Made by a program: the position numbers and the translations under genes. From positions 2,720,001 through 2,784,000 of the forward strand of contig CBDANF010000003.1 of NCBI GenBank assembly GCA_965197475.1: a stretch of DNA of 64,000 bases, read 5' to 3'. The notes under the pieces were generated by a model, which did not search any database, was not told the DNA's origin, and saw only the letters and a list, made by a program, of their open reading frames with translations. The stretch comes from Candidatus Poribacteria bacterium (GTDB lineage: Bacteria; Poribacteria; WGA-4E; WGA-3G). This document shows positions 60,601 through 64,000 of the stretch, one piece after another (within the stretch, counting starts at the first letter, position 1; each line of letters opens with the position of its first letter).

Positions 60601-60697
60601 CGTGAACCGGCTTTTGATATTTTTTCACAAGTTCAGCGAAAGCGTTTTCATCGCCAGCGAGAACTTGTTGGATCAGTTCAACATCGTCGTTTTTCAT
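57644..60697 (-). CDS. ECF sigma factor-TM-WD40 fusion, copy 4
   Basis: sigma2/sigma4, TM, WGLPEGAKRRLGKG, many FSPDG...WD repeats. Confidence 0.9.
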   Translation of the reverse strand: MKNDDVELIQQVLAGDENAFAELVKKYQKPVHALAWRKVGDFHIAEEITQDTFLKAYQNLATLKKPHRFVGWLYVIATHCCHAWLRKKRIQTESLEELDSDELEPEAYSRYVAEQEAKAIAETQRQVVKKLLATLPESERTVITLHYFGEMTCEKMSEFLGVSANTIKSRLRRARNRLKKEEPMIREAISNFQISPNLTDNIMKEIARLNPAAPAGSKPLIPWVIGASSAVLIVLMLGIGSQYLARFQRPYSLDAQSEMTVDIIDAPIVQDVDAKPDVRNQPGERSDTGGRDDGTGKESNQVVGDQGDYTLWGLPEGAKRRLGKGMFTDMQLSPNGTRLAIASSTGIWLYNVNTGKETALLTINTDLTGLVAFSPDGTRIASTSGDNTCRIWDVESQRLLSTFKVPNYWIRSLRFLDDGKTLVGEGLIDKISHTLTGKVLIWDVPKVWMWNSTTGKLLDTFTTKLPKFNALKDARTGVPVKGFANGARALFAFENKDYTISVKDGSTDQEIAIFPRTEQKIREFVFSPDGKRLAIAYSKGVQLWDVDTSKQIATFPVRIPNFSGNPEVLAFSKDGKILAVADFNDISVWNTETHSHITTIKNRDEEGIWEFVLSSDGSTIVTMNQYGTVNLWSAATGKHLRTFTTEYTYKFSALAFAHDGKTIASNTRSKIHLWDTNTGTEKLQLQNPVHPAVRNTLSTMNRDTPLGRFDLRNDIVSIAFSSGDSTLSASTASGEIKAWDAVTGKYNTTYNFVTASRNRSVKSAPDIFKVASPRTTEMYHFYATAFEKGSHLVQVSTFSPSGEKLAVTNKDTAIEVWDLPTGNQLCTLKGSNPNLSVAFDYTLAFTPDGETLAIGEGQDIHLSNIHSGETFAKFKMPKKKPNLIDKIKSFFGRKPIDQKVEAVALAQNGRIHLAASQAKTIYLWNVTTQERILRIKGHTDAVCKLAFTTDGTILASGDVGGIIHLWDIPTGRKLTTYKPYASPITQLVFSPDGKTLASTNLHSHFAGTILLWDVPSK

Positions 60698-61012
60698 CAG
60701 GTGCCTCCAGAAAGAGTAGGTTCAACTTTTCATATTGAAACCTTGTGACGCGACTTAGGAGGAAAACGGTTGCATAATTCTGCATGTTTTTAATAGGATG
60801 GTTTGATGTAGTGAATTCTATTGTATCAAATCAGGAAGGTTTGTCAAGGTGTGAGATTCATTTGGCAGGCAAGAAACCGTGGTGGGAAAGTATGTTGAAT
60901 GAAGGGAAATGGAAAGGTAATTCCGTGAACCTTGATTTTCGAATCATGGTTATGAGACGTAAGGAATTACCCGATTGAAATCGCAATAGGTTTGCAAGAC
61001 AGCTGCTTTCAC

Positions 61013-64000
61013 CTATTTAGATGGTACATTCCACAGGAGGACGGTGCCATCAAGGCTGCTTGTGCTCGCAAGTAATTTCCTATCTTGGGAAAACACTAAA
61101 GCACTGATATTACCTTTATGTCCTTCATAAGAAGTAAGATGTGCACCAGTGGTAGACTCCCATAAGTGAATTTCACCCCCCGTATCTCCACTCGCGAGAA
61201 GTATCCCATCTGACGAGAATGCCAATTTGCAGATTGCAAATTTATGTGGTGCTTTGAAAGTTCTAACACGTTTTTGGGCAGCAACGTCCCACAATTGGAT
61301 CTCTTTATCTCTAATTCCAATTGCCAAGTTTTTTCCATTGTGATCAAACGTCATAGAATAAATATCGTGACTTTCCAACGTCAACGTCCGGTTTTTCAGG
61401 ACCCCTAACACTTTTTTTATCAAATTTTCGGGTGTATTGAACGTGGCAATTTGTTTGTCGGCGTGTGTGTCCCACAAAAACACTTTACCTGATCGATCAT
61501 CGGTTGCGAGCATACTTCCATCTGGCGTTAGTGCCATAGCTCCCTTAGACGATTGATACGCCTTTTCTGTGAGATTACATAAATGTTCGCGGGTGTGAAC
61601 ATTCCACAACTCAATCATTTTGTTTTTCCCATTTTTAGTAGCCAATGTTCTGAAATTTGGAGAATGTACATATATAGGGAATGTAAATGATGTTCCATCG
61701 TCCCAAGAGGTTATGATTCCTTCGCCCCAAGAGGTTATGATTCCTTGACCTATCAAGTTAATCGGAACAGTGTTAGTGCTAATCAGTGTTCCAGTAGTGA
61801 CATCCCACTGAACAGTGGAAGCAAGTCCCACTGTATTTAAGATTTTATTATCTCTGGCAAAGGTTAAACCGTCAATGTTGTTTTTCCCCGTCCTAATCGC
61901 GGTCAGTTTGTCCCCACTTTCTGTATCCCAGAGTTGGATATTACCATCACTTCCGCTTGCTAACGTTTTGCCATCATGAGTAAACGCCAACGTCGTGATC
62001 TCCTTTGCATAGTCTTTAGCAAGGGTCCGCGGTTGTGTATTCTTTTTTATTTCCCACACATCTACTGTGCCAATTTGATTGTCAGTAACAAGAATTGTCC
62101 CATCTTGAGAAAAAAGATGGTTTCTTGGCAAAACTACAAATAAATCATCATCCAAAATAAGAGAGGCAATTTCACGTTGGGTGACAATATCCCATATCGT
62201 ATAACTTGCTTTTTCTATGATATCTCCATTTCTATCATAGATTCCGCCTCTTCTTATAGCAAGGTTTTTGCCATTACCTGAAAATTTTACGTCCGTTGTA
62301 GATTGAAACTCAGCGATTTGACGTTCTGCAACGATGTCCCATATCGCGCAGTTTCCTCTTGTGAAAGCATTACGTGATATAAGCGCGAGAGTTTTGCTAT
62401 CATCTCCAAACCTTACGTCTACATACTCAGGGAGTGCTGCCAGTTGTTCGCCCGTATCAACATTCCAAATTTCAGTAGGACCTGCAATACCTGTCCATCC
62501 TCCTGATATTGAAATCCTATAGCGACTCTTACTCACAAGCATTTTTCCATCCGGTGAAAATTTCAGTTCGTACACCCATTTCACAGGTTGTTTACCCAGT
62601 CGTGATGGAGAGTATTCTTGCAGATTGTATTGTATAGGAAAAGGTGTACCATCCTCGCTATAGTTCGTGAGAAATGGCTTTTTGCCATCTTTCTCTTCTG
62701 GATCCGGCGGTATTCTGGCATCCTTGAAAAACGCTGCGTCATTTGTACGAGCTACAAGCGTTTGTATTTCTTGACTGGTCCCTCCATCTTGTATGCTAAT
62801 TGTGCCATCCTCGTTTCCAATAGCATATTTGACTACGCCAGTGGAGTCAACAAAGACATCTAACGCAAGCGTCCAAGGTGCGCCTTTGATCTTAATTTTT
62901 TCTAAAGCCCCAGGATGGAAAGTTTTTAGATGTTCTCCGGTGGTGATGTTCCAGAACCAGACCGTACTATTCTTATTCACACCAGTAAGCGTTTTTCCAT
63001 CGGCTAAGAATTTCAAAGAGGAAAGTGAACCGCCAAGACTATTGAATTTCAAAAGCAGCTTTCCACTCTCAACATCCCAACTCCGGATTATGTTGTCACC
63101 TCCAGCACTGGCAAGTGTTTTACCATCCGGTGAGAACGTGACAAGTCCTATTAAATCTGTATCTTTTGTAAGTAGGGAAGTTTCGGTACCTAAGTCAATA
63201 TCATAAAACCATACGCCGGTAGAACTTACAATAGCCAGGTGTGTGCCATCAGGTGACAGCTGCATATCGGTTATAGTCCCTTTTCCAAACCTCTGTTTTG
63301 CCCCTTCCGGTAAATTCCACCGCGTATAGTCACCTGTATCACCTACAACCTGATTAGATTTCTCACTAGCACCATCATCTCTACCACCTATATCGGAACG
63401 TCCCTCTGGTTGATTTAGCACATCTGGTCTCGCCTTGATATTCTGGACAATAGGCGCGTCAACGAGTTCAACCTCCATTTCAGATTGTGCATCTAAACTA
63501 TAAGGTCGCTGGAAACGTGCTAAATATTGACTTCCTATGCCAAGCATTAGCGCAATCAAAACGGCACTTGATGCACCTATCACCCATGGAATCAAAGGTT
63601 TACCTCCAGAAGGCGCAGCCGGTTTAAGTCGTGCGATTTCTTGCATGATGTTATCGGTTAGGTTTGGTGAAATTTGGAAGTTGCTAATTGCCTCTTGGAT
63701 CATCGGTTCCTCCTTTTTCAAGCGGTTGCGTGCACGGCGGAGACGGCTTTTAATTGTGTTCGCGGATACACCTAAAAACTCACTCATCTGTTCACACGTC
63801 ATCTCTCCGAAGTAGTGAAGCGTGATGACGGTGCGGTCACTCTCCTTCAACGTCTCAAGCAACTTTTTGACGACTTCCTGCTGTGCCTTGTCAACAGTTT
63901 TTGCCTGTTCCTCTGCAACATGTTTTGAATAAGCATCTTTATTTGTTACTGGTGTGTCTATGTTCTCCAGTGTTTGGTGCCACAAACGCTTTTTTCGGAA
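61013..64000 (-). CDS. ECF sigma factor-TM-WD40 fusion, copy 5 (5' end outside the window)
   Basis: sigma4 (NTIKSRLRRAR), TM, WNLPEGAKQRFGKG, WD40 repeats; frame appears open to the window edge. Confidence 0.88.
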   Translation of the reverse strand, partial: FRKKRLWHQTLENIDTPVTNKDAYSKHVAEEQAKTVDKAQQEVVKKLLETLKESDRTVITLHYFGEMTCEQMSEFLGVSANTIKSRLRRARNRLKKEEPMIQEAISNFQISPNLTDNIMQEIARLKPAAPSGGKPLIPWVIGASSAVLIALMLGIGSQYLARFQRPYSLDAQSEMEVELVDAPIVQNIKARPDVLNQPEGRSDIGGRDDGASEKSNQVVGDTGDYTRWNLPEGAKQRFGKGTITDMQLSPDGTHLAIVSSTGVWFYDIDLGTETSLLTKDTDLIGLVTFSPDGKTLASAGGDNIIRSWDVESGKLLLKFNSLGGSLSSLKFLADGKTLTGVNKNSTVWFWNITTGEHLKTFHPGALEKIKIKGAPWTLALDVFVDSTGVVKYAIGNEDGTISIQDGGTSQEIQTLVARTNDAAFFKDARIPPDPEEKDGKKPFLTNYSEDGTPFPIQYNLQEYSPSRLGKQPVKWVYELKFSPDGKMLVSKSRYRISISGGWTGIAGPTEIWNVDTGEQLAALPEYVDVRFGDDSKTLALISRNAFTRGNCAIWDIVAERQIAEFQSTTDVKFSGNGKNLAIRRGGIYDRNGDIIEKASYTIWDIVTQREIASLILDDDLFVVLPRNHLFSQDGTILVTDNQIGTVDVWEIKKNTQPRTLAKDYAKEITTLAFTHDGKTLASGSDGNIQLWDTESGDKLTAIRTGKNNIDGLTFARDNKILNTVGLASTVQWDVTTGTLISTNTVPINLIGQGIITSWGEGIITSWDDGTSFTFPIYVHSPNFRTLATKNGKNKMIELWNVHTREHLCNLTEKAYQSSKGAMALTPDGSMLATDDRSGKVFLWDTHADKQIATFNTPENLIKKVLGVLKNRTLTLESHDIYSMTFDHNGKNLAIGIRDKEIQLWDVAAQKRVRTFKAPHKFAICKLAFSSDGILLASGDTGGEIHLWESTTGAHLTSYEGHKGNISALVFSQDRKLLASTSSLDGTVLLWNVPSK

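Overview
Bacterial chromosomal window. Its content (TPR, WD40 and Asp-box repeat proteins, ECF sigma factor-propeller fusions, MTase-HNH fusion, dense REP/MITE repeats) suggests Candidatus Poribacteria or a similar sponge-associated lineage; this is an inference. From left to right it holds: (1) a strongly eukaryote-type glutamine-dependent NAD synthetase, preceded by a 68-nt tmRNA/tRNA-like RNA enclosed in a 16-bp inverted repeat between convergent promoters; (2) an MTase-HNH gene coupled to an AT-rich PIN-like gene; (3) ABC transporter parts; (4) an sspBCD-like phosphorothioation cluster that lacks sspA/sspE and is instead followed by an SBD-HNH nuclease and an OLD-family ATPase/TOPRIM nuclease; (5) housekeeping genes rbsK, birA, trpC and trpD; (6) a MoxR/DUF58/VWA operon split by a ~5.5 kb mosaic island with an IS5-family element; (7) a degenerate IS630 beside a WD40 remnant; (8) a tandem array of at least five ECF sigma-TM-beta-propeller fusion genes with shared promoters and clear segment exchange. 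All family calls come from motif recognition by eye, not database searches.
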